64,000 nucleotides of DNA from Heptranchias perlo (lineage: Eukaryota), in the NCBI RefSeq assembly GCF_035084215.1, contig NC_090365.1, positions 2,668,001 through 2,732,000 on the forward strand. Reading direction: 5' to 3'. Numbering within the stretch: position 1 is the stretch's first letter; each line of letters opens with the position of its first letter. The translations under genes were made by a program, and so were the position numbers. The notes under the pieces were generated by a model. The model was not told where the DNA came from and did no database searches. It was given only the letters and a program-made list of their open reading frames with translations. Shown here piece by piece: positions 13,077-26,021 of this stretch.

Positions 13077-14075
13077 GTGAGTAAGACAAGATTGGGGGCG
13101 GATTCTGTTCACCTGCGTCTGGTGTACACGTTGCGAGAACGTTCAGTGCATTTTGTTTTTTCTGTATTTCTCTTTCTTCCCGCTTTCTCCCTTCCCCCCC
13201 CCCCCCCCTCCCCCTCTTGAAGGTGCTGACTCCTGGTTCCATATGGGAGTGTTGGCAGCACACGGGCATCACAGCCCAGTGCAGTCCTGTCCTCACCTGA
13301 TGTTTCCGGTGGTGGGGGGGGTCCCTGGTTTACGATTAGGAGTGGGAGCCGTGGCTGATTTTTGTCTCTCCCTCCCCTGCCCCACACGCGCACTCCTCCT
13401 GTCCCCAAGGACCACTTCTACCCCTTCCCCGGTGACCGCACCTGGGGGCCTTTCCTGCTCTGTTTGGCTCACTAGATGCCGGAGCTACCAATAAGCACTC
13501 AAATCAAAGGAGAAACAAACACAGTCCCTTCCTGGTCGGTCACTCGCTCACCGTTTTTATCTCCCCTTGGGGGTTTTTTTTTTGGTATCTGTTACCGTCA
13601 GTGCCAGAGAGTTTGTGGTCATTGAGTTGTCTGGATGCAGCGACTGAGGAAGTGTTGGCAGATGTTGTGTCACAGCTGTCAATCAAATCAGAGGAACTTG
13701 CCTTTGTTTTGATGAGCTGTAAACTGCTCGTGAAACCTTCACTTAAAATTATCCTCGCGCTCTCAACACCTCTAGCGCTGATTGACTGGCCATTTCTGCC
13801 TCACGGGTCCCTTCCAGTGCCGCCTTTGAGAGAGGGGAGGGGTAGGGTGGCTCAGTCTGATCTCTCTCTCCACCTCACTGCAACTTGAGCTTGAGATTTG
13901 AAGAAAGGAACTCGCAGCCAAAGATCTTGCTGTTCCTTTTCTCTTCATTGAGAAACCGCAGTGACGAGACCCAGTGCTCAGCACCACAAGAGGAGGAGAG
14001 AAGAGTCGGAGTAGAAGATGGTACCACGAGTCTTAATTTCAACACTCCTCCAGTGCCTTGGTCGCCCCCCTTTTT

Positions 14076-15040
14076 GTTGTATTGCGCTCAGTTCTGGACA
14101 GCGCGCCTCAAGAAGGACACAGTAGGAGGCAATAAGATGCAGATTCACCAGAACGTTACCAGTACGCCAAGGGTGGAATTATGAGGAGAGATTACATAAA
14201 CCAGGCTTGTATTCCCTGGAATATAGAAGGTTTAGGGGTGATTTGATTGAGGTTTTTAGGATTTTGAAAGGAATTGATAGGGTGGATAGAGAGAAACTTT
14301 TTCCACTGGTGGGGGAGAGTCTAGGACAAGGGGACATAACCTTAAAATCAGAGCCAGGCCATTCAGGAGAGAAGTTAAGAAACATTTCTTCACACAAAGG
14401 GTGGTAGAAGTGTGGAACTCTCTCCCACAAAAAGCAGTAGATGTTAGCTCAATTAATAAATTTAAATCTGAGATCAATAGATTTTTTTCTAGCCAAGGGT
14501 ATTAAGGGAGATGGAGCCAAGAGTAAATGGAGTTAGGATACAGATCAGCCATGATCTCATTGAATGGCGGAATAGGCTCGAGGGGCTGAATGGCCTCCGC
14601 CTGTTCCTATGTTAAATTCTGAGGACAGGTTACAAGCCAAGTTTATGCATTACCTCGAGTATAGAAGGTTGAGGGGTGATCCGATTGAGGTGTTTAAAAT
14701 GTTAAAAGGATTCGATAAGGTAGATACGGAGAAACTATTTCCTCTGGTGGGAGAATCAAGAACGAGGGGACATTATCTCAAAATTAGAGCCAGGCCGTTT
14801 AAGAGTGTAATCAGGAAACACTTTTTCACACAAAGGGCAGTGGAAATCTAGACCCCTGTCCCCCAAAAGTCTGTGGATGCGGGGGGCCAATAGGCGCTTC
14901 CCAGATTGAGAGTGATAGATTTTTGTTAGGTAAACGTATGGAGGGATATGGAGCAATGGCAGGTAGATGGAGTTGAGGCACAGGTCAGCCATGATCTGAT
15001 TGAATGGCGGAGCAGGCTTGAGGGGCTGAATGGCCCTCTA
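14076..15040 (+). mobile_element. Two tandem CR1 3' fragments
   Basis: YSLEYRR.RGDLIEVF and the GGCTCGAGGGGCTGAATGGCC tail each occur twice. Confidence 0.88.
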
Positions 15041-15200
15041 ATGCAGGAGGAGGAGGAGGAGGAGCTTAAGAGGATGGGGGGAGGTGAGTTCGGAGGGGCG
15101 CTGACCATTGTAACATTGGTCAAATGGGCAGAAAGGTTGTGACACGAGGTGAGTCTGGCCAATTTATAGCTTGATAATTGTTTGATTTTGTTTTATTTAG

Positions 15201-15266
15201 TGAAGTTATTCGAGGTGATTGAGACGGACAAGACCCTCTACCTGGTAATGGAATATGCAAGTGGAG
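15201..15266 (+). CDS. MARK4: MARK4 exon 5 (VKLFEVIETDKTLYLVMEYASG)
   Basis: atttag|...|gtaggc, 66 nt. Confidence 0.95.
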
Positions 15267-15385
15267 GTAGGCCACCAGTCTATTCCATTTTACACTTGGA
15301 AAAAACACAAATTAAAAGGTCTGCGTTTATACAGCACCAGATAAGACCAAAGAGTCTCTCAGCCTTTCACCGAGTGAGTTACTGT

Positions 15386-15735
15386 TGGAGTTGCCAACTC
15401 TGGTTGGACATATCCCTGGAGGCTTCATCTGGTGACCCCCCCACACTCCCGCCATTGGTCACCTGGCACGTCCAAGCTCATGGAGCCCTGCCCCTACGGC
15501 CAATCGGGAAACGAGCAGACTTTGTTACCCGATTGGATGATTCTTGACTGTCAGTCAGAGAGTCTATTCTCCCATCTCTGATATTTTTATAACTAATAAA
15601 GAAAATTAAAAACCGCACCTTTTTTTTTAATATCCCTCCATGATTTTTCTCCCTGTTGTTGTTCGCAGCAGTGACCTGGAGATTAATCTTCAATTCCTGG
15701 AGACTCCAGGCCAATCCTGGAGGGTTGATAACCCT
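15386..15735 (+). mobile_element. hAT-type MITE, degenerate copy
   Basis: GTTGCCAACTCTGGTTGG start and CTGGAGGGTTG end; homologous to 29400-29771. Confidence 0.75.
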
Positions 15736-17458
15736 CGGTGCCATGATGGCGCGGCGCTCCCTCGGGGCCGGGCCCCCCCTCCGGCGGCGGGGCGCTCCCT
15801 CGGGGCCGCGCTGGAGTGTCGGCCTAGATTATTGGCAGTCCGATTTAAAATTGTGCTCCTTTAATTGTCTCTTAAATATTCCACATTCTATTTAAATCGG
15901 CCTCGTGAGTATTCAGATGTTGTAAATTGCATGCCTGCACGGCACTCTTTGGCCGGATTTTTATCAGGCAAGTTGTCTTCAAGTATGCAAATTTTCCAGT
16001 GATGTCAGTTGGTCGCCAGGGCGATGCCGCCGACCAATCGGAGTGCCATCTGCACATCCCCGTGTGGGCTGCAAGAAAAATGTCAGTCGCCCACCAGCCG
16101 GTGGGCGAGGTGCGTTCCTGCTTGGCGAGACAGCTGGCAGTTCGCGGGCAAGGACAATTTCCAAACAACGGCCCCCCCCCGACCCCTCTTTGCCAACTCA
16201 CTCGGGCACAGGCTGGGACTCGAGCCCAGCACCTTTCCCTGGCCCGCGTGTCTCTCGGTCCCACGCTGGTGGCACCCCCCACCCCCGAGCAGGTTTCGCT
16301 GATCGGGTTGAGATGAAGTAGGTTAGGAGGAGGCTCGTGTGGAGCATAAACGCCGGCATAGACCAGTTGGGCCGAATGGCCTGTTTCTGTGCTGTAAATT
16401 CTATGTAATTTACCAACTGAGCCGTACAGTCCGGGCCGAGAAGCATCAATTCAGGGAAGTCGAGGGGAGGAGGAGGAGGAGGAGGAAGAAAGAACTTGCA
16501 TATCAGAGTTTGTGGGAAGACTTGTGGGGCGGGGAGCCTGCAGAAAAGGGGAGGAATCCGTTTTGGTTTTTTGCGCCAAGTCGAGAGGGCGGGGGGGGGC
16601 AGGCGGAGAACCCGGCGAGACTTCCATTGGATTAAACGGGTGACCACGTGCGGATTGGGACGTGCCCGATGGCTTCATGTTATTGACCAGTCGGTGCACC
16701 GTCGTGGCTGGAATCAGTTAGTGGGGGACTGACCCTCGCAGGCCGCAGCCTGGGGCTGGCTCGGAAACCGGGCCCCGGGCCGATGCGAGCGGTGCAGGGG
16801 CAGGCCTGAGCGATGGATCAGCCTGGCTTGTCACATTGATTTGACAGCCTGATTGAATTATCCAATGTTCAACCTTCATTACTCCAAGAGGAAACTCTAT
16901 TTAAAGCACTGAGCTCTGATCTCCTCCGATATTAGTGTTGATTCTGGGCACATTTTAACCCCCGTTTTCTTCCCCCCCCCCCCCAAGGTCCTGAAGGCCC
17001 TGATCCTTGCCAGGGTTAAAGTTCACATAGGAATTTCTAGACAAAAATAAGACCATGGTCCATCCAGCTCGCCCTCTACCATCCTGGTAGTCGCCTGATA
17101 TGATAATGGATTTGTTGACTAATCAGAGCAATCAATGAGTTTACAACAGACCCAGACATGACGTGAGGGAAACCCCCAGGGGTGCAGAGCTTTGGACCAA
17201 AGTCACCAATTCCTCCCGAGCAGGTTACGTTTACCACAGGAAAATCAGCCAGTGATGGTCTCCAATGGTGTCAACTGCAGCTAGGTCGGGAAGGCCGGAA
17301 TAAAATCAAGCGGCCTCTCCGTTTGGGGCCTACTCACTGGATTATAAGGGGGCCCAGAGCAGAGCTCGGTCAGCCAATAGAGGTTGGCGCAGGACCGATT
17401 CCCAGGCTGGGCTTGAATGAGAGCGGTCGGAGGGTAATCCTGTGTTTTATCTGTTCAG

Positions 17459-17529
17459 GCGAAGTATTCGACTACCTCGTGTCACATGGGAGGATGAAGG
17501 AGAAGGAGGCCAGAGCCAAGTTCCGGCAG
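17459..17529 (+). CDS. MARK4: MARK4 exon 6 ([24 protein letters not shown])
   Basis: gttcag|...|gtctga, 71 nt. Confidence 0.95.
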
Positions 17530-17669
17530 GTCTGACCTGTGTTTCTGATATTTTATTTGTCTTTTTCGACCGTTTTTAAGTCTAATTTTTCTTTTTCTAT
17601 CTTTTTTGTCTCTTGTTCCGGTTCACTCCTTTACCCTCATGTTCGTTCGTTCGTTCTTCCTTTCTTTCT

Positions 17670-18318
17670 CTTTCCGCCTCCCTCTCCGTGTGTCTGTCTC
17701 TCTCTCTCTCTCCGCCTCCTTCTCCGTGTGTCTGTCTTTCTCTCTCTCCGCCTCTCTCTCTCTCTCTCTCTCTCCGTGTGTCTGTCTCTCTCTCTCTCGT
17801 TCCACCTCCCTCTCCGTGTGTCTGTCTCTCTCTCTCTCTCCGCCTCTCTCTCTCTCTCTCCGCCTCTCTCTCTCCGCCTCTCTCTCTCTCTCTCCGCCTC
17901 TCTCTCTCTCTCTCCGCCTCTCTCTCTCTCTCTCCGCCTCTCTCTCTCTCTCTCTCCGCCTCTCTCTCTCTCTCTCCGCCTCTCTCTCTCTCCGCCTCTC
18001 TCTCTCTCTCTCTCCGCCTCTCTCTCTCTCTCTCTCCGCCTCTCTCTCTCTCTCCGCCTCTCTCCGCCTCTCTCTCCGCCTCTCTCTCTCCGCCTCTCTC
18101 TCCCCGCCTCTCTCTCCCCGCCTCTCTCTCCCCGCCTCTCTCTCCCCGCCTCTCTCTCCCCGCCTCTCTCTCCCCGCCTCTCTCTCCCCGCCTCTCTCTC
18201 CCCGCCTCTCTCTCCCCGCCTCTCTCTCCCCGCCTCTCTCTCCCCGCCTCTCTCTCCCCGCCTCTCTCTCCCCGCCTCTCTCTCCCCGCCTCTCTCTCCC
18301 CGCCTCTCCGCCTCTCCC
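17670..18318. repeat. CT-rich micro/minisatellite (CCGCCTCTCTCTC variants; 14-bp CCCCGCCTCTCTCT at the 3' end)
   Basis: Visible directly in the sequence. Confidence 0.95.
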
Positions 18319-18688
18319 AGCTGAGGTTGGGGATTCAGTCTACAATACCTGTTGCCCATTGATCCTCAAATGAGATGCCTCCTATGAAAGTTATTTCTTT
18401 CCAGTCCCCAGTCCAGAGGGAGCTGAGCTCGATTGTCACACCGCTGACTCAGCTGGTGCTAGCTAACTTGGCACAGGTCAAGATTGCCCCTGGTTTGTGT
18501 GTCTCAGCTCAAAAACTGGGCAGTACATTTACCAACTGGGTCGTGAAGGGAGAATTGGTGGGTAATTGAACATAGAAGGACTTCCCGTTCAGCGTGTAAC
18601 TATGGGTCTCACTTTGATAACTGTTCTGATGAGTGGCCGGGGTTTGTTCAGCAGGGTGAGGATTGATTGCTGTCTAACTTGTTTTCAG

Positions 18689-18745
18689 ATTGTTTCAGCT
18701 GTGCAATACTGTCACCAGAGGAACATCGTACATCGAGATCTGAAG
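18689..18745 (+). CDS. MARK4: MARK4 exon 7 (IVSAVQYCHQRNIVHRDLK, catalytic loop)
   Basis: tttcag|...|gtgagc, 57 nt, HRDLK motif. Confidence 0.96.
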
Positions 18746-18887
18746 GTGAGCCTTTGGGCTACAAGTCTTTTTTTTTATATAACACGGACTTGGCGTGTTT
18801 TTGTTTTGGTCCCCTCTCTCTCTTGAAGGTGCTGTCTTGCTGGATATTGTCTCTCCCTTATCTCCCTTACCTGCTCCTGAAAGACCA

Positions 18888-19364
18888 AAAGACTTGCATT
18901 TATATAGCATCATTCAGAAAGCCAGGACATCCCCATGTGCTTTAGAATCACAGAATGGTTTACAGCCAATGAAAAGTACTTTTGAAGTGTAGTCACTGTT
19001 GTAATGTAGGAAACGTGGCAGCCAATTTACACACAGCAAGCTCCCAAACACAGAATGTGATAATGACCAGATAATCTGTTTTTAGTGATGTTGGTTGAGG
19101 GATAAATATTGGCCCAGGACAGCGGGGGGAACTCCCCTGTTCATCTTTGAAATAGTGGCCGTGGGATCTTTTACATCCACCTGAGAGAGCAGACGAGGCC
19201 CTCGGTTTAACATCTCATCCGAAAGACGGCACCTCCGACAGTGCAGCACTCCCTCAGTACTGCACTGGGAGTGTTGGCCTAGATTTTGCGCTCAAGTCTC
19301 TGAAGTGGGGCTTGAACCCACGACCTTCTGACTCAGAGGTGAGAGTGCGGCCCACGGCTGACAC
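18888..19364 (-). mobile_element. Near full-length tRNA-derived Deu-domain SINE (SacSINE1/AmnSINE1-like) with L2-type tail
   Basis: tRNA-like head with B box GGTTCAAGCCC, Deu core, and CTATATAAATGCAAGT tail. Confidence 0.8.
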
Positions 19365-19529
19365 CTGTAGGAGCTCAGGCAGTGAATGTCCACTGTTGTG
19401 TCCAATGGCTGTTTGACCCCAGGGGCCCAGTCCCACTACCTCGCCATTTGGGGCAAGGACCCGGGGTGATTTTCCTCACCTCAGTAATTGGGCCTACACT
19501 AACCTATTGGGTTGTAGGTTGTATCCCAA

Positions 19530-19830
19530 AACCCTCCGAGATCTCCGCACTCCTCCAATTCCGGCCTCTTGCCCATCCCCGATTTCCATCGCTCCACCAT
19601 TGGCGGCCGTGCCTTCAGCTGCTTGGGCCCCAAGCTCTGGAATTCCCTCCCTAAACCTCTCCGCCTCTCTCTCTCCTCCTTTTAAGATGCTCCTTAAAAC
19701 CTACCTCTTTGACCAAGCTTTTGGTCACCTGTCCTAATATCTCATTAAGAGGCTCAGTGTCAAATTTTGTCTGACACTCCTGTGGGATGTTTTACTATGT
19801 TAAAGGCGCTATATAAATGCAAGTTGTTGT
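19530..19830 (+). mobile_element. L2 LINE 3' fragment
   Basis: Same sequence family as 4261-4672, opposite strand. Confidence 0.85.
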
Positions 19831-19846
19831 ATCGCATCGGGCCTAG

Positions 19847-20338
<492 letters not shown>

Positions 20339-20620
20339 TAATTTACTGAACCTATTTTTTTTGTTATAAATCTTTCTACCTGTTAATTTAACCCCCCTCC
20401 CCATCTCTCTCTTTCCCTCCATCACCACCAACATACACGTGTACACACTCCCCTCACTCCACCCCTCCCCGGACAGTCCTTTTTCTAAGGGGAAGGAAGG
20501 ACATCTCCAAGGTTGAAAAGAGTAGGAGAGATGATGAGATGAACTGAGATGTAGCCAAGCTTTGGTTTTAAAAGTTTGTGGACTGGTAGAAAGAAGGGAA
20601 GACTGAGGGGGGGTGAGGAG

Positions 20621-20832
20621 TAGGGGTTGCCAACCCTCCAGGACTGTCCTGGAGCCTCCAGGAATTAAAGATTAATCTCCTGCAAGCAAACCCAGGGAGA
20701 AACATCACAGGGGCATTAAAAAACATTGTGCATTTTTTCATTTTCTTGGAACAATTTTGTTAGTTGGAGGCGGGGCAGTTGGAGGTCATGTGATGAAATC
20801 TCCAGGAATACGTCCAACCAGAGTTGGCAACC
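20621..20832 (-). mobile_element. hAT-type MITE, internally deleted
   Basis: TAGGGGTTGCCAAC ... GTTGGCAACC termini. Confidence 0.75.
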
Positions 20833-21943
20833 GGTTCCACAGTTTTGAGATCCCCGGGAACGATTGCATCTACTCCTACTCTACCTCATTGAGTCTCACT
20901 CTCAACACGGGGATGAGGTAAGGTCCTACCTGTGGCCGTTGCTCAGATGGTCAGTGGGCAGGGGAGACCACCCTCGACTCAGTGGGGGAGGACTTTAGTT
21001 TTCCGTCGATTCGGACCACCCGTCTGAGTTTGAGAAGTTTGCCCCCCCACTGGAGGATGCAGGAGTAAAGACCACCAGATTCAGAGTCGGACTGAAAGTC
21101 CCAACTCCCTCTAAAAAATTAATCGAATTCAGAGTTATTTCTGTTTAATCTTTAATTGCTTCTACTTGTCTTTCCCTTTAAGGTCAGGAGGCTTGAATGG
21201 GCAGCTTTCCCCCTCCCTTTCTCCTGAAGCACTGGCATGTGCTGGGGTCCAAGTTCTGTAGCTACCCACCAGTACCTTGCCCAGGTGGCCACTCTTCAAG
21301 TGCGAGCCTAGTCAGTGTGTGTTGGCGTGATATTTCCTAACTCTACTCCATTCAATTCCCAGTAGTGGCCACTGGATAGTCACCATGAGCAGGAAACTTA
21401 GCCGAATTTCCCATCGTAAGCTCAGACGCTGAGGTTAATTGTAACACCAGAACCACTCACATTAATTACCCCTATTTCTCATTCTGTCTGGATTTGCGCC
21501 CTTGCTGAGGGGTGAGGGGTTGCTGCCTGTTCTTTCACCTCTGTCCGTGTGTGCATTGGCTGATGTTGACACAGGACTAGCATGTGATTTTTTTGCTTTC
21601 CGCGTGGGGGACGGTCGCACAGCCGGGAGACCCCCACGGCTCAGATTGGGAACTGAGCAGAGTGGCGGGGTCAGACCTGCATCGTCTCGCCCCGGGGCAC
21701 TGACCGTCCGTGCTGCGGCATTTCCCTGCCTGATACGGTGGCACCAAATATGGGCACAGTCAGTCAGCCAGTAGTGATACGTTTAGTCAGGTAAAGGGGG
21801 AAAATAACCATTCACTAAAATTGGACTGTCATTACTAAATTAAAATTGGAATAAAATTTTGTGCAAAGACTGAAATTGAAACTTGAGGCAGAGATGGCAC
21901 TAAAACCAAAATCAAAATGATTTCTGGGACTAAATTAACGCTG

Positions 21944-22450
21944 ATATTGACCTTGGAGGGGGGGCAGCGCAAATTCACCAGAATGATACCGGGGATAAAA
22001 GGGTTAAATTACGAGGACAGGTTACATAGACTAGGCTTGTATTCCCTCGAATATAGACAATTAAGGGGTGATCTAATTGAGGTGTTTCAAATGATTAAAG
22101 GATTTGATAGGGTAGATAGAGAGAAACTATTTCCTCTGGTGGGGGGAGTCCAGAACAAGGGGGCATAACCTTAAAATTAGAGCTGGGCCGTTCAGGGGTG
22201 ATGTCAGGAAGCATTTCTTCACACAAAGGGGAGTGGAAATCTGGAACTCTCTCCCCCCAAAAAAGCTGTTGAGGCCGGGGGTCAATTGAAAATTTCCAAA
22301 CTGAGATTGATGGATTTTTGTTGGGTGAGGGGGATATTAAGGGTTACAGAACCAAGGTGGGTAAATGGAGTTAAGATACAGATCAGCCGTGATCTAATTG
22401 AATGGAGGAACAGGCTCGAGGGGCTGAATGGCCTCCTCCTGTTCCTATGT
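21944..22450 (+). mobile_element. CR1 LINE 3' fragment
   Basis: QRKFTRMIPG...RGDLIEVF motif and CR1 3' tail. Confidence 0.88.
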
Positions 22451-22767
22451 TCAGCATCCTCAACATTCAGAATCAACATTGGAGATTGAAACGGATGAAA
22501 AGAGCCTTAATTTTTATTCAGTTTATTATTTGTCCACATTTCTCATGCTCTGTGAGGTGCTGTGAGAAGGGGAACAAATATGGTGAAAATTCTTGGAACA
22601 CACTTTTTTTTTGGGGGTGGGGGGTAAAATCTTGAGAAGACCAGAACAAAAATATGGAAAGCAAAACTCAAAACTTTTGACTCAAATTTTTCCAGAACTA
22701 ACACTAAAAATCTGAACAAACCTTGGGAACAAAAGACTCAACTAATCATTTCCAGCACTAAAATAAC

Positions 22768-23172
22768 GGCTGCAGATAGTGACGCCACTATTTCCCGGCC
22801 AGAATGGAGATGATTGGGTAATTCCCCCGTCAATCACGCCTGGAGACCGCCCTGCTGTAAGTGACTGGGATTGATTTTATGCACATAATTTGTATTATGT
22901 AACTATCCTCCACTCACTGCATTTTGCTGAAGAAATCACCCTGCTTTTATCGGGAGAAGTTGCTGTAGTTTCGGTCATGAGTTCTGTTTGCTGTAGTTGG
23001 TAGAGACTCTTTTTTTTAAATAGACTCTGTAGACTGTTTGCAGTAGTGCGCTGTTCAAATGGACTCTGTTGGCTGAGTAAATTGACTTTGTTTGCTGTGA
23101 AATAGACTGATTGCTGCGAGTCCTGCCGTACGTCCCGCTACTGACTCAATGGCTGTCACAGTGGTGTCAATA
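22768..23172 (+). mobile_element. Unclassified interspersed element, copy 1 (possible non-autonomous DNA transposon)
   Basis: Closely matches 28972-29320; imperfect terminal inverted repeats. Confidence 0.55.
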
Positions 23173-23368
23173 GACACTCTGTAAAATGACTGGTACATAC
23201 ATACCCAACAAATCATGGGCTGGCTTCAAAGAGCCATTGACTGAAGACCATGCTTCCAGTAATTTCTATTACAGCTCATCTAATCTGCGCCTCTCTGCGA
23301 AGCACCTTGGGTTGAGCTAATAAGTGCAGGTTGAAGATGAAGTTAATGTCTCTGCTTTCTGTCGGCAG

Positions 23369-23488
23369 GAGCTGAGGGAACGGGTCCTGAGGGGGAAGTA
23401 CCGTGTCCCCTTTTACATGTCCACCGACTGCGAGAATATCCTCAAACGCTTTCTCGTCCTCAACCCAGCCAAACGGGGCACGCTGGAG
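23369..23488 (+). CDS. MARK4: MARK4 exon 9 ([22 protein letters not shown]...GTLE)
   Basis: cggcag|...|gtaagc, 120 nt. Confidence 0.96.
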
Positions 23489-24164
23489 GTAAGCAGGACT
23501 TTACCGGGCTCGTTTAATCTGCATAATCTCCTTGGGGAACCCAACGCCCACCTGTGATTTCTAGGCTTGGAGCTCTGTTGATTGGGGAAGATGGAAAGCC
23601 CCAAGAGGCTGATTCTTTCCCTCCACTCACCAATGTGGTTTGGTTGGAGGAAATATACATCGATGGGGAAGGAGGAGGTGAGAAGCTAAATAGCCCATCA
23701 TCAGAAGTGGTATTTAGCCCAAAGATACAGCTCTCTGCAGTTTTATATCGAAGGATGTTCATTTGACATCTTCCCTCTTTGATAAGGTGGGCGACCACCA
23801 ACTGAAGTAAATGGGGACGAGTGACGCAAAGTTCATGGGTCTCTGAGTGACACTCCCCCAGGACCCCTCATGAGAATTCTAGAAGTGAAAACTATAAAAT
23901 GATTTAAGATGGATGAGGAAATCCAGTTGGGCCAATTGTGTGATTTTTAAGGGACGGAAGGAAGCGGGGAAATGGATTTGAAAGGCAGGGGTTCAGATCC
24001 AAAGTCGCTGGAGACCAGGCTGGGATGGTTTGAATTCTCGATAGACTGATCGGGGATGAAGTATTGTTCGTGAGGGAAGTGTGCAGAATGGCGGGAGAAA
24101 GGGGAATCGGAGGGTTCACCTGTTTCAAAACAGAGAGGTTCGCCGTCTGGGTTTATTTATGACC

Positions 24165-24600
24165 CTCACCCCCCCGTGCTCGCTGACCTCCATTGGCTCC
24201 CGGTCTGACAACACCTCGGTTTTAAAATTTTCATCCTTGTTTTCAAATCCCTCCAGGGCCTCGCCCCCTCCCTATCTCTGTAACCTCCTCCAGCCCTACA
24301 ACCCTCCGAGATCTCTGCTCTCCTCTCCTCCAATTCTGGCCTCTTGCGCGACCCCGATTTTAATCGCTCCACCATTGGCGTCCGTGCCTTCAGCTGCCTA
24401 GGTTCAAAGGTCAGGAATTCCCTCTCTAAACCTCTCCGCCTTTCCTCCTTTAAAACCTACCTCTTTGACCAAGCTTTTGGTCACCTGTCCTAATATCTCC
24501 TTACGTGGCTCGGTGTCAAATTTTGTTTGGTTATCGCTCTTGCGGACCGCCCTGGGACGTTTCACTTACATGAATGGCGCTGTATAAATGCAAGTTGTTG
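24165..24600 (+). mobile_element. L2 LINE 3' fragment
   Basis: Homologous to the other L2 copies in the window. Confidence 0.85.
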
Positions 24601-24710
24601 CTTAGCAATTTTGCCTGTTGCTCTGTCCGAACACCAGCGGGTTGACGGCCGGTCAGGTAGGGGATCAATGTCTTTGACACTAACTCACCATCCCTCCCAC
24701 ATCTCTCCAG

Positions 24711-24810
24711 CAAATCATGAAGGACAAATGGATAAACATTGGCTGCGATGGTGAGGAGCTCCGACCGTACGTGGAGCCTGAGCCGGACCTGGGAGACAGC
24801 AAACGGATAG
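24711..24810 (+). CDS. MARK4: MARK4 exon 10 ([11 protein letters not shown]...SKRI)
   Basis: ctccag|...|gtgagg, 100 nt. Confidence 0.95.
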
Positions 24811-25310
24811 GTGAGGAGAGAAACTCACTCAACGCTCGAATATCTCTCCTGGGATTGGAAACTGTCTTGTTCAAGCTCTTCGGTTCAGTGTTTATTTAAT
24901 GAAAGTTGTGATTAAAACCCTCCATCTCTCTATGGAAAGGAAAGGAGGGTGGGCTTTCCTCAATGGTTAAGATAGTAAATGCACCGACCAATGTGCAGGT
25001 GAGCAATACAGATGTGCAGAGAGGGAGAGGCAGGGGAGATAGGTTGGTGCCTGGGGTGGCATCTCTCCACGGGCACACCATGCTGGCGCCAGTGGGGTGG
25101 GGTCTGCTTTTTTCTCCTCGGCTACCTGATCCTGTTCCACTCTGGCAACTTTTCCTGATCCCATTTTAGACCTACCCTCCCACCCCCACTTCCCCACTCT
25201 CAGTACCTTACGTCTGTCCACATCAAATTCCGTTTGTCACTCAGCTCGTATTCACAACCAATCCCTTTGCGTTTGGCTCGCCTCTTCCCTATTAGAGATT
25301 CCTTGCTTAA

Positions 25311-25515
25311 GTGTCAGCCGTGGTGCAGTGGGTGTCCCTCTCGCCTCTGAGTCAGCAGGTCGTGGGTTCGAGCCCCACTCCAGAGACTTGAGCACGTAAT
25401 CTAGGCTGACACGCCCGGTGCCAGTACTGAGGGAGTGCCGCACTGTCAGAGGTGTTAAGCCAAGGGCCCTGTCTGCCCCCTCAGGTGGGTGTAAAAAATG
25501 CCATGGCCACTATTG
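25311..25515 (+). mobile_element. Deu-SINE 5' half (tRNA-like head)
   Basis: A-box-like TGGTGCAGTGG and B box GGTTCGAGCCC, followed by SINE body. Confidence 0.75.
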
Positions 25516-25629
25516 GAAAACTCTGGGAATCATTTAAGAAACAATTGGAAGGGTCTTTAGGATCTTGATGGAGTAGTGTGGAGACCTACGTAACACTGTG
25601 CTTGTCTAACTTGTGCATTCCTTTGATAG

Positions 25630-25742
25630 AGGTGATGGTTGGAATGGGTTACACACGAGAAGAAATCAAAGACGCTTTGTCCAAGCACAAATATAATGAA
25701 GTAACTGCTACCTACCTCCTACTGGGCAGGAACAAAAGTGAG
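25630..25742 (+). CDS. MARK4: MARK4 exon 11 (UBA domain, [13 protein letters not shown]...LLLGRNKSE)
   Basis: tgatag|...|gtaaat, 113 nt. Confidence 0.94.
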
Positions 25743-25792
25743 GTAAATGCCCGAACATTCACACGATCGATTTGTTTTGGACACAAAATGCC

Positions 25793-26021
25793 GGTGACCG
25801 TTCACCAGTGGGTTGTCGTGGTGACCGTTCACCAGTGGGTTGTCGTGGTGACCGTTCACCAGTGGGTTGTCGTGGTGACCTTTCACCAGTGGGTTGTCGT
25901 GGTGACCGTTCACCAGTGGGTTGTCGTGGTGACCGTTCACCAGTGGGTTGTCGTGGTGACCGTTCACCAGTGGGTTGTCGTGGTGACCGTTCACCAGTGG
26001 GTTGTCGTGGTGACCGTTCAC
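25793..26021. repeat. 27-bp minisatellite (GGTGACCGTTCACCAGTGGGTTGTCGT) x about 8.5
   Basis: Direct tandem copies with one substitution; no spacers. Confidence 0.97.

Noticed and set aside
17539..18373. 240-260-aa Leu/Ser/Pro-rich and Arg/Glu-rich ORFs
   Set aside because: CT microsatellite artefacts.
25311..25385. tRNA-like sequence with A and B boxes
   Set aside because: Continues directly into the Deu-SINE body, so it is a SINE head rather than a tRNA gene.
25793..26021. CRISPR-like periodicity (also the 51-bp and 63-bp arrays)
   Set aside because: Contiguous repeats without unique spacers, no cas genes, and a vertebrate context.
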